Shown here one piece after another: positions 1 to 9,539 of a stretch of DNA of 20,393 nucleotides (position 1 is the stretch's first letter; each line of letters begins with the position of its first letter). A program made the position numbers and the translations under genes. The notes beneath the pieces are model-generated. The model worked only from the letters and a program-made list of their open reading frames with translations. It made no database searches and was not told the origin of the DNA. The stretch is from Rotaria sp. Taxonomy: Eukaryota. The stretch spans positions 35,750 to 56,142 of the forward strand of contig CAJNOF010000612.1 of assembly GCA_905250055.1 (NCBI GenBank). Direction: 5' to 3'.

Positions 1-764
1 TTTTTTCATCAGTTTTAGCATCTCGTTCTTCGATAGCAACAAAACTAGTATATGGACTAACAACTGAATGTTTTATGCTTAGATCAATGAGATCTTGTTT
101 ATATTGAATTTTCATCAATTCATTTTCACTCTCATCTACATGTAACATTCCATTTTCATAATCATCAATAATCGCTCGAGCAGTTAAACAATGTAAGATA
201 CGTCCTTTGGTCGTTGTTGTTGGATTACTAAATACTGTAGTAACATATTCTTGTCCATCAATAGTAGCCGTTAATGTAGCCTTATGATAATTTTGTATAA
301 ATCGATAGATATTCAGTCGCATTCCATTAAATAATGATCGAATTATTTTTGGTATTTGCATATTAAATTTTTGTTGTTCATCTAGATTTCCATGCCAATC
401 AACTGATATATCTGTTACACATGGTTGTCGAACTTGTTCAAGAATATTTAATACTTTCGTTTTCCATTTTGATCGATAGTTCGAATCGAAAACAATTGTT
501 AAACCACCTCCCCGTGCTCCATTTGCTAATTGTTTTAAACCATGTTTGTTAGCAATGTTACCTATTGAACATGTAAATATACGATCTCGACGCATTGTTG
601 ATTGATGTTTGAGTAGAACAAGAATCGATTGAAAATCATGAATATGTCCATCAGATAGAATAATAAATTGACGACCATATTTCGATGTTGGTAATGATGT
701 TAATAGAGAATAACGATGAAGAACAGCATATAGATCTGTATTACCACGATGAACAAGTGAATGC
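1..764 (-). CDS. PARP4: PARP4-like exon 13 (remainder of VWA domain and beyond); open to window edge
   Basis: Acceptor ttttattttag|CATTCACTTG. A 254-codon open frame (HSLVHRGNTDLYAVLHRYSLL...ILSDGHIHD...) continues past position 1. Confidence 0.75.
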
Positions 765-3700
765 TAAAATAAAAGAATACATAATAATATTTCAATAGTA
801 ACAAAACGAACAACTACTAACCAAAACAAAATGTTTAGCTTTATCAAGATTTTCTTTGGCTACTGGTGTTGAGATTGGAAAACATTCATCATTATCTAAA
901 TAGATTCAAATTTAGACAATAGAAAGAATTCTATAGATTAGCACTATATATATATATACCAGATCCAAATGTAACTATATTAAAATATGTATTTCCATCG
1001 TCGACCTTTAAATTTGTAAGAAATAAATGAGCTATTTGTTTAGCTTGCTGTACATGATGACCATCCATTGAATTTGATACATCAATAATAAAAATGAGTT
1101 CGATTTGTTCGTTTAAATTTGTTAATGTTTCAAAACGTGGATAAAATGTAAGCATACATGCTTGAGATTCATTCCTTTTTGATATTATTGCTGTTTGATT
1201 TTCATCATCTAATAATAATGATTCAATAGATAATCGAGGTAAATTAGCAGTTTTAAGTGTTATTGAAAGAACAAAATCTCGATCAAGTAAAACATTATCA
1301 ATAAGTTCAATCACTGCTATACAATCAGTTATTTTTCTTCGAAGACGATGTGTTGGTGAAAATAATTTAAGTATTTCATATGGCATTCGAATTGATACTT
1401 TGAAACTAAATTCAACTTTTTCATCGGCAATACCAATCGATCGTACAATTGATTGATCCTTATTTTCGAGTGCTTGTTTCGATTGCCATGATGCCATTTT
1501 AGCTGGTAGACGAAATATTATTTCACCATTTTCAATTTCTAATTCGGCAACATAAGTTATTTTAATAATAACTTCATTGTTTGCTGGTAAATTACCAACA
1601 GCTACACTAAATACTTGAGCTTGTTCTTGATGCATTAAATAAGCACCATGTCCTTTTTCGATAGCTTCTCGATATTCTTTTTTGGCTTGTTCTTTCTCTT
1701 TGACAACACCTTTAATAACTTTATTATTTATATGTGCTTCGAAACCACATACAGCAGAATTTTCATCAAGAGGAAATACATATTTAGCTTCAATTGGTAT
1801 TGAACTTGTATTATGATAAACTTGATAGAGTACAACCTTTTTATGTTAGATAAAGAAAAATATTCGAATTTAATATGATGTTCGTGAAATGATTCATATA
1901 TATAGTTACTTCAACAGTAGCATCAATAATTTGAGCACGAATATGAAATGATTTAAGTGGTACAAGTTTTCCCGATGATGGATTTATTAAACCATAATCT
2001 TGTTCAGCAATTTCAATAACTTCATCTTCGATTGTCATTGGAACTTCATCTAGAACATAAGAGATAATCAAATCGAATTTTCTGTTAATAGAACTACTTC
2101 ATTTTTATTGCCATGTTCACTTAATTGTAGTGCATGCTGTTGATGATGAATAATTGACAATCGTTCTAATTCAATATTCAAATTATCATGTGGTATCCAT
2201 GAAACTTCGACAATATAGAGTAAACGTTGTTGATCAAGTTGATAGATAGCATATTCATTATCCTAAAGTTAAATTATTAATGATAAAGAGTCTCAAATGA
2301 AGATTGATTGATTGTCAAATTTTTGTTGTGTAACTTAATATGAATCATTTAAATTGAACCAAAAAAAAACATACCTTATTTTTCTCTCTCAATCAAATGT
2401 ACAAAACTAATAGAAATTTTTTTCTCTACAATCTATTTACAATAAACATTGAATTGTTTTCTGCGGTTCGTTTGACTCCATGTGTACTATGATAACCATC
2501 AGGAGGTTTGACTAGAGTTGATGCATATGAATAATATTTAGCTGATTCACCAAGTGCTACTTGACAAACACATAACAATCGTCTACCAGATCGTGTTGTG
2601 CTTGCTGTCGTATATTTTAAAGATGTTGAAGCAGAATCAGAAAAATAAAGTCCATAACCAAGACAACCTATATCAGTACGTGTAACACCTAGTTCTTCTA
2701 CTACCAGTTTTGGCATTGCTAAACCACTGTATATGTATAATTGTACTAAAAATATTAGTTTTAGAAATTGAAATAAATGTTTTTACCGTGAAAGAATTCC
2801 AAGAAAGTTTGCATATTTTGATCCATGAAATAATTGTCGTTGATTTGATATAGATGTACAAAAATTGAGTGCATCTGTTTGTTTAGCTACACTGAATATC
2901 TGATGAATAACAATTTGTTCACCACTAATGAATAGAATAATTAGACTTATCATAATAAAAACAGGGTTGTTTTTCTTCTCACCTATCTGTTGATGATTGA
3001 ATCAATTCAGCAATATTTTTAAATTCTAGTGTTGAACTATCGATATTTTCAATGTGACATTTCAATGCTCGATATTTAGCTTCAATTGGTGCTTTTGTAT
3101 TCCAATTGGTTAATTCGTTGACTGTGACCATATCTCGAAGCATCTAAAAACAAATGAATGATAATATTAAAACATTGAACAAAATAATACATACTTGACA
3201 TAGATCGATTTTTTCCGTTAATGCTCGACGATTTTTTATAAGATCAACATTATATTGTGGTCGATGGGGAATAAGTGAATAGAAACGAAGTGCAGCATCA
3301 GGATCATTAGTTGTTTTCAATTCAAGTAGTGCAGCTTCAGCTTCAATAATCTATATTATAATTAAAGAATAAAACGAATTTAAATATAGAAAAATGAATA
3401 AATATACTGTTTTAAGAATGATTGATTCAGGTGCTACGCTTAAAATTTTATTCAAATCACCAATTGATTCTAACCAAATCGATTCGATTAATTGACAGAC
3501 ATTTTCATCAAGCATTTGTGTATCAATACGATGAGTAAATAAAGACTAAAACTTATTGTTTTTCTAGATGAAAAAAAATAATTATTCTTTTACATACACG
3601 TAACAATAATTTTGATCCTAATTTATCAGGTAACATCTCACGAATTCGTGTGACACGTGGCATTGTAGCTACTCGATAATAATACGTAGCAAACAGTTGT

Positions 3701-4561
3701 TGTTGTTCATAGGAATCATCACTGAATGCATATTGTATTAATACTTTTTTATTTTGTTGTTGTCTATCATTAACAATTGTTTGTTTTTCATAGCGAAATC
3801 GTATTCGATAATCATTCATTGTTCGATCATAATATTGTTCAGGAATGACTTGAAGTTCAAGTGCAAAGTACACCTCTGAGTTATCATTCGTTTCCTACGA
3901 TAAATGTTATATATATTAAAGAACAAGAGCTACAAAATAAAACAATACTTTAAACATGGCCCATTTTGATATTTCACAATGTGTTAACTCATCAAAACGA
4001 GGTAAATTAACATCATCTGCATTCCATATTTTGATTTTATTTAAATCGAATTTATGGATCTTGACTAAATTAGCTCGAGATCCTAACAAATAAACATTTT
4101 TAATATGATGGAAAAAAATGATGAATATATATACCTGTGACGGATATGGTACCAGTGTTAGTAAAATTTTCTTGATCTTCCACTGACTTCATGATAAATT
4201 TGTCTATATCGATCGATGTTTGACCAAGTGGTAAACGACGATATTCATACACATATTCAATATTAACTAGTGGCAATCCAAGTTGTTTGGCACGACGTGT
4301 CTTATAGTTATCTACATTATTTGTGATCAAAACATAATCAGTCTAATAATAAATACTGAGATCTAGTGACATCTTCATCATATATATGGAATAAAAACGT
4401 ACACTAGCTGTAAGAATATATGAAATATGTGCTTGTTGTTCTTGTAAATATTTGATTAATTCTTGTTTAGCTTTGAAACCGATTTCACGACCAAGTTCAA
4501 GTACAATAGTTTTTCCATTGAATGGTGATGACAATGCAGTAGATGCTGCAGTTGACTTCAT
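1..4561 (-). CDS. PARP4: Vault poly(ADP-ribose) polymerase (PARP4-like) gene, 13 exons, 5' complete, 3' truncated by window start
   Basis: Hand-spliced minus-strand translation gives, in order: a BRCT fold (MKSTAASTALSSPFNGKTIVLELGREIGFKAKQELIKYLQ...TDYVLITNNVDNYKTRRAKQLGLPLVNIEYVYE); a PARP helical domain (…RFYSLIPH…); the PARP catalytic signature (QRQLFHGSKYANFLGILSRG…GYGLYFSDSASTSLKY…FIDNEYAIYQLDQQRLLYIVEVSW); a VIT domain (LKSFHIRAQIIDATVEVVLYQVYHNTSSIPIEAKYVFPLDENSAVCGFEAHI…); and a VWA domain with MIDAS motif (IFIIDVSNSMDG…FNIVTFGS…GNTDLYAVLH…ILSDGHIHD). The combination BRCT+PARP+VIT+VWA is diagnostic of vault PARP. All introns are GT..AG and phases are consistent. Confidence 0.8.
822..895 (-). 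CDS. PARP4: PARP4-like exon 12 (74-nt VWA exon; DNDECFPISTPVAKENLDKAKHFVL)
   Basis: Acceptor ctatttag|ATAATGATG, donor TTG|GTTAGT. 1+74 = 25 codons. Fills the expected VWA segment between FNIVTFGS and the GNTDLYAVL block. Confidence 0.65.
960..1836 (-). CDS. PARP4: PARP4-like exon 11 (VIT domain and first half of VWA with MIDAS DVSNSMDG)
   Basis: Acceptor cataaaaag|GTTGTACTC, donor TCTG|GTATAT (phase 1). 877 nt, open throughout. Confidence 0.8.
1910..2262 (-). CDS. PARP4: PARP4-like exon 10 (catalytic C-terminus with NEY catalytic Glu, then VIT N-terminus); contains a 1-nt frameshift near 2078-2081
   Basis: Acceptor aactttag|GATAATGAATAT, donor GAA|GTAACT. The reading frame switches by one base between ...HGNKNEVVLLTE and KFDLIISYVLDEV... 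A single extra A in the A4 run restores one ORF of 118 codons. Confidence 0.65.
2441..2726 (-). CDS. PARP4: PARP4-like exon 9 (catalytic core; GYGLYFSDSASTSLKY with catalytic Tyr)
   Basis: Acceptor tatacag|TGGTTT, donor ATT|GTAAAT. 286 nt. Matches the PARP1 [20 protein letters not shown] block. Confidence 0.8.
2787..2924 (-). CDS. PARP4: PARP4-like exon 8 (start of catalytic domain; QRQLFHGSKYANFLGILSR with catalytic His)
   Basis: Acceptor cattag|TGGTGAAC, donor CG|GTAAAA. 138 nt. Matches the PARP1 LLWHGSRTTNFAGILSQG block. Confidence 0.8.
2983..3143 (-). CDS. PARP4: PARP4-like exon 7 (helical domain)
   Basis: Acceptor ttttag|ATGCTTCGAG, donor GATAG|GTGAGA. 161 nt, ends phase 2. Confidence 0.7.
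3195..3350 (-). CDS. PARP4: PARP4-like exon 6 (PARP helical domain, ...RFYSLIPH... motif)
   Basis: Acceptor atatag|ATTATTGAAGCT, donor CAA|GTATGT. 156 nt = 52 codons. Confidence 0.7.
3408..3545 (-). CDS. PARP4: PARP4-like exon 5 (PARP helical regulatory domain)
   Basis: Acceptor gttttag|TCTTTA with an in-frame stop immediately before. Donor ACA|GTATAT. 138 nt = 46 codons. Confidence 0.7.
3598..3894 (-). CDS. PARP4: PARP4-like exon 4 (linker/helical region)
   Basis: Acceptor tttatcgtag|GAAACG, donor CGT|GTATGT. 297 nt = 99 codons, no stops. Confidence 0.7.
3949..4082 (-). CDS. PARP4: PARP4-like exon 3
   Basis: Acceptor ttgttag|GATCTCGAG completes a Gly codon. Donor AAA|GTATTG. 134 nt, phase-consistent. 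Upstream intron is 52 nt. Confidence 0.7.
4135..4342 (-). CDS. PARP4: PARP4-like exon 2 (BRCT C-terminal half)
   Basis: Acceptor attattag|ACTGAT, donor ACAG|GTATAT (phase 1). 208 nt, 69 codons + 1. Upstream intron is 60 nt. Confidence 0.75.
4403..4561 (-). CDS. PARP4: PARP4-like exon 1 (start codon ATG at 4559-4561; BRCT N-terminal half)
   Basis: ATG preceded by an in-frame TAG 8 codons upstream. Donor is AGT|GTACGT (phase 0). 53 codons. Confidence 0.75.
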
Positions 4562-5141
4562 CTGAAAATAATTAAAAAAACTTTCTAAGCAATCTACAAA
4601 TGTAATCGTTATAATTGTTATCTTTCTTCTTGACTAATATTTTCAAAGAAAATGTTATAAATATTGTCTGTGCTTCACGTTTATAGTGTAATTGGGTCAA
4701 AACTAGCATTATAAATGTTGATGATTCATGCATTCGTCTGATGCTTGATAAAAAGAGAAGAAAAATAGTATAGAAATGTGTTGTTTTTATAGTTCTCAAT
4801 ACGTGTGCACATGGCATACGTGTTATGTTATTGCACAAGTCAGCGAAATCGGTATTCGATAGAATTTCAGGTAAATCATGGAATAGAAAACTAATGCAAT
4901 TCGTATCATTGGTGTTGGCATCAACAAAACAAACGGATCGATTAGAAGCCGATACCAGAAGTCATGATGCATGTAATAATAATAATAACGTCTCATAGGT
5001 TTATCGTCTGTTGAGGCTGGCCGCGGTTATTATTATTAATCTTCACATGCAGTCAGCTTCTTTCATCTTTTCTTTTTACACACGGCGGTATCTGCATCCT
5101 CTTTCGTCCAGCATACTGCCTAAAGATATAGTCAATGCGAA

Positions 5142-5162
5142 TGACTCATGTAGAATGACTCA
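5142..5162. promoter_or_regulatory. Two tandem TGACTCA (AP-1/TRE-like) heptamers ~590 bp upstream of the PARP4-like ATG
   Basis: gcgaATGACTCATgtagaATGACTCATtttt, with identical 11-mers 14 bp apart. Confidence 0.3.
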
Positions 5163-5399
5163 TTTTTAGACAACTTAGCTGTTAGTGACTTGCCGAGGAT
5201 GATTCTATGGGAGATGATACTGAGGTTTAAACACAGTACCTTGTGGGTACATGTCGAACAACGTAACCACTCAACCATGGTGGCAATGATCTATGTATAG
5301 TTCTTTAATTATGAATTCGTGGACATTCACGGAGTTCTTAAAATTCGATCTTATTTGAAATTATCGCATTGAATACTGTTTTATTGTATACAACGACAT

Positions 5400-6750
5400 A
5401 TGGTTGGTTTTCTGTAGGATTTTTACATACGTGGGTCATTCTGAAAGTTTTTAGATTTGCAATACTATTAACTAAGTTTAAAAGGATTTTATTATATTTG
5501 TTCGAAGTAATGTCTTTGTGCACCAATGCACTTATTCATTCTTTCGAACCACTTTACATAACATTAGTAGAAATCATCTTTTTGAAGACAGTCTATTTGT
5601 GTTCTGATAGCGTCATGAAGTTCATTAATATCCTGGAAGTTTTTACCACGAAGTTGCTCTTTAATTTTTGGGAATCACGAACAACTTCACGGACTTCGGT
5701 CTGTTGAATATGTTGGATGACCCATCAGTTTGACGTGTTGAGTATCTAAATATTCCATTGTTAGTGCTGCCTTGTGTGCAGGTGCATTGTCATAATGAAT
5801 AAGAAGACCATTGAAACGTCGATGTTTCTCCACTTGTTTGAGCACTTGTATAAGGCATTCATTTGCATACCACTTAGCTGTAACTGTTTTACCATTTTCA
5901 AGAGAAATGATTGTATTAAAACCGGACTTCATAAAGAAAATTGCAAATATATGTTTACCAACAGAACGTTATCGACGAACTTTAGTTGGATGAGGATCAT
6001 TGCTTGCCACCCAAACTTGGCTTTGACGCTTCGTTTGTGGATCATAATAGTAGAACCAACTTTCATCACCAGTGATAATATCATACACACGTTTTGACTT
6101 ACCACCGTTGAATTTCTGGAGCATTTCTAGGCAATAGTCAACATGGTCCTGGTTTTGAGCTTCACTTAAAGAATGTGGCTCCCAACGACATGTAACTTTT
6201 GTAAACCAAGATAATCATGAAGAATAATTTCAGTTGATGCCGATCCAATCTGTAAAGTGTCTTCTATCTGTTGACACGTAATATGAGGATCAATGTTTAC
6301 CAGTTCACGAACAGCTTCGATGTTTTCTGGAGTGACTGCAGTTCTTGGTCGACTAGCACAAGGTTTATCTTCAAAGTGATCCCTGCCGCGACTGAATTCA
6401 GCAAACCAATTGTAAACTGTGGCACGAGAAACACAAGAGTCACCAAAGGTTTTGTGTAATGATTCAAGACATTCATCTTGTGATAGTTGTTTTTTGTAAT
6501 CATAATAAATCATAACTCGAATTTGTTCTATTGTTAGATTCATGACGATGCAAAAAAAACTATGTTAGTAGTGAAACACTTAATCTACAAAACAACCAAA
6601 GGAAAAATGTTTAAGAGCTAAAACTTTGTATACTTTCTTCTAAAACTTGGGTCTACTACCAGAACTATCAAAGTCTTAGATATCTCTTAATTTAATAAAG
6701 AATCTAAAAACTTCCAAAATGACCCACGTATTCATGTTCTATAACATTAG
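5400..6750 (-). mobile_element. Degenerate mariner-family (Tc1/mariner, DD34D-type) DNA transposon, ~1.3 kb
   Basis: Inner ~35 bp of both ends form inverted repeats: 5437-5470 cATACGTGGGTCATTcTGaAAGTTTTTAGATT versus the reverse complement of 6706-6745. The internal transposase reading is colinear with Mos1/Hsmar1. The left end has a GGTTGGT motif typical of mariner TIR starts. Boundaries are approximate (±30 bp). Confidence 0.8.
5492..6543 (-). pseudogene. mariner transposase pseudogene (about 350 codons, at least three frameshifts and one internal stop)
   Basis: N-terminal HTH region (6166-6543: IEQIRVMIYYDYKKQLSQDECLESLHKTFGDSCVSRATVYNWFAEFSRG...). Catalytic region in shifted frames (...ITGDESWFYYYDPQTKRQSQVWV...; ...LLIHYDNAPAHKAALTMEYLD...HPTYSTD). 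C-terminus FPKIKEQLRGKNFQDINELHDAIRTQIDCLQKDDFY*CYVKWFERMNKCIGAQRHYFEQI* has an internal TAA. Confidence 0.85.
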
Positions 6751-8874
6751 AATGATTTGAAATAAATTGAAGTCAGTCAACAAGAATAAACAAAGAGAAA
6801 GTTTCTTTACAAAGATATAATTCTAAACATATACACACTCGAGGTTAAAATGTGTAGACTTTTTCCATCGTAAACTAAAGTGTCGTGGGTTCCAGCAAGA
6901 AAATGTATCGTACTTAATTGTGTCGTATTTTTAATTATTCTGTACGTATATGACGGCTGTTCATTCACCGATTTTGTTTCGCACGTTTATCTATTTATAA
7001 TAGATCTGAACCATTACATGAAAATTGTGAGTTTCGTGGACCATTTTATACAATATATTTCTCGACTATATATTTCTTGTAAATATTTCAAGAAATAATG
7101 ACTTCGCTAAAAGAGAGGTCTACCTGGTAATAGCCTAGCTAAGATCTAACTAACCTTACACGGCTGAGCCTAAATATCTGCCTGATTTAAACTGTTGCAT
7201 CGAGGACTGATGTTAATTGTACTAATTAAATAGTGATGAATATAATGCACAAAAGAAAAAATATAGATATAGTGAAATCTTGATTCGAACAGTGATTTCA
7301 GAATGTGTCGCATGCTTGCTGGAGAAAATGTGTCGCAACGAGCACCTAGTGTCGTGCTCGAATGCGTCGTGGAATGTGTTGTAAATCACGACACATCCGA
7401 CGCATTGTAACTTAGAGTGCACTTGTTTGTCATAATAGTTATGGATCAATTTTTAGAGTTTCTATCTCTATCTGAAAATCTTATTTCGATTTTGAAATTC
7501 TGATAAGATGTAACATCATCAATAAATAATTAGAAGTAGTTTAAATACTCATTGGAGATCTAGATAGTGTTTTAATATGTTGAAGTTTTCACACACGTTG
7601 AAGGCCGATGAAATTATCGACTATCGTTTAGATATTATGTTTTACCATTTTGCTAATGGAAAAAATGGTCAAGAAGCTTTTATTTTGTTGGCAATAGATT
7701 CAAATTATTATAAATAATGAAGGAAAGTCAACAAAAATTTGTATAAATACAGTTGGAAAATTCTGAAACTACTTCTGCTAAAATACAATTGTTTTTGAAA
7801 TTTTTTAATTCAAATACTGGAAATTAGAGTCTCTGAAAAGATATCTATTTAAGAATCCATTGAATATTCCCTCTAAACAAAAATTTGAACTAGCCAAATT
7901 AATGTATCTCAAACAAAAAATTGTCATTATCAATTCTAATTATACTCATAGTTGAATATCTTGAATTTTCAGCAGAAATTTGAACATTTGGAAATATTTT
8001 ATTGCAATACCAAGAAGATATGCAACTGTTGTATCATTGACTTCACTATAGATATTTTGACAAACTATATAATTTATTTTCTGAACTGATCGACGAAGAT
8101 TGCGTTTCATCAACTTGACTATATCAGATGAAGCACTTCCGTTTTAGACAACTTTAAATGAAAATAATATTTTTTTATTGATATTTAATTGCTCTTAACA
8201 GGTCTTACAACACAGAATATTGTTGAAATAATAATTTGCTTTAGAAGAGATCAATACTATACAGTAGTGCACATAAAGACCACAAGCAAAACAGGTACAT
8301 TTATCATAAAAGTCATTTTCTATCTTGAGGAATGAGAGTGTAGACGTTTATGTATGTGTTAATCAAGGCACACTCTTCTCAATTCTTATTTATGCCATAC
8401 GAAAAGAGATTCAAATCTTCTCAAGGTTAATTATTAAGAATATGCATGAAGATTTTAGTTATCGAAATGAGGAAAATAGATCATCTTATGTCCGATTATT
8501 TCAACACATTCAACTTGTATCTACTAATGATGATTTATCGATAAATTCTCGTTAGTAAAAGTGAAATGTGCTTATTGCGTGACATCCAAAGATATAAAAT
8601 TAGTAGATTCATCCTGGTTCCTTGAAATAGTTTCCTATAATTATTAAGGGTGTGGTTTAATCATAGACCTCTTTTACTCAAACCCACATCCGCACCCACC
8701 CATTATATTCGATTTTTTTGTTCGGTCAATCAGAAGCACAGGTGCAGAATCTTCCTCGTGCGCTTCCGCGCGAAGGGAAATTTTTCAAGCATTCCCCAGT
8801 CTGACAATTTTCTAAAATTCATCGTCTGTGCCAAAGACAGAAGCGAAGCTGTCTGTGAAAGTGATGCCTCGACC

Positions 8875-9135
8875 ATGAAGCCACATATTCGAAGCAATTC
8901 AGCTCTGGATCATGAACTCTTAGACAAAGAAAGGAGGTTACATTGGAATGCACCACCATTTCGTCTAGAGGAACCATTCATGAAATTCTGCCCTAACAAC
9001 TATTTCTCTCAATTGAAGGATAAAAAGTGGATTTTCTTCAAGACAAAACAACATCGTCTATTCAAGCTGTCTTCACCTGATTCAGCTGTTTTGAACCGCT
9101 TGAGAAAAACACAAGTAGAAAGAATTCTTATGTAA
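8875..9135 (+). CDS. Orphan ORF (86 aa from the first ATG; 161 codons open) in a GC-richer island; function unknown
   Basis: Open frame 8650-9135. Its codon usage (CTG, CGC, AGG, GCC) and ~45% GC contrast with the AT-rich PARP exons. I recognise no family. It could be a gene fragment, a TE remnant or chance. Confidence 0.25.
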   Translation: MKPHIRSNSALDHELLDKERRLHWNAPPFRLEEPFMKFCPNNYFSQLKDKKWIFFKTKQHRLFKLSSPDSAVLNRLRKTQVERILM

Positions 9136-9539
9136 TACGAACAGTAACAGACAGAACAAAATGTTACCATGTTTTATTTTTATTTCTATTTTGTGCCAAA
9201 TAAAGTTAGTTTGTAAGTGGCAAAGGAAAAAACAGCTTTTAGAAAATTCTTTGGACAAAATTTCCCCGGAGAGAGATATTTTTGATTTTTTGAAAGATTC
9301 TGCACTTCTGATAAGAAAGTACCACTATTATTGGGATTACGAACACGATTTATTAATAGTTCCACTCAGCTGAATAGCCCTTATACAGTATGTCTAGATA
9401 GTCAACTCAATTGATACGTTGTATAGATATGAGCAACCATAGAGTGTTAAAATGTTTACTCTATAAAATGATGACTTGACATGATGTACACTGAAAAAAA
9501 AATCCGAATAATGATCTACCCTAGTACTTAAAAATTTCG

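Noticed and set aside
2082-2097. A 16-nt GT..AG mini-intron (GTAGTTCTATTAACAG) as the explanation for the PARP frame break
   Set aside because: Removing 16 nt gives the wrong phase, because the exon resumes with four A, not three. It is also far shorter than every other intron here (51-178 nt). A 1-nt homopolymer indel fits exactly.
5369-6097. Plus-strand ORFs of 112, 107 and 60 aa inside the mariner element
   Set aside because: They are antisense to the recognisable transposase reading, have no homology signal, and are typical antisense-ORF noise in a pseudogene.
6880-7098. 72-aa plus-strand ORF downstream of the mariner
   Set aside because: AT-rich hydrophobic translation with no splice or start context and no domain signal.
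7284-7296. tRNA B-box-like GTTCGAATC on the minus strand (possible tRNA/SINE)
   Set aside because: No A box (TRGCNNAGTGG) at the expected spacing and no cloverleaf. Not supportable as a tRNA.
7577-7718. 47-codon plus-strand ORF (MLKFSHTLKADEIIDYRLDIMFYHFANGKNGQEAFILLAIDSNYYK) vaguely like a mariner transposase N-terminus
   Set aside because: The similarity is at the level of a hydrophobic pattern only, with no flanking TIRs or further transposase segments. Likely chance.
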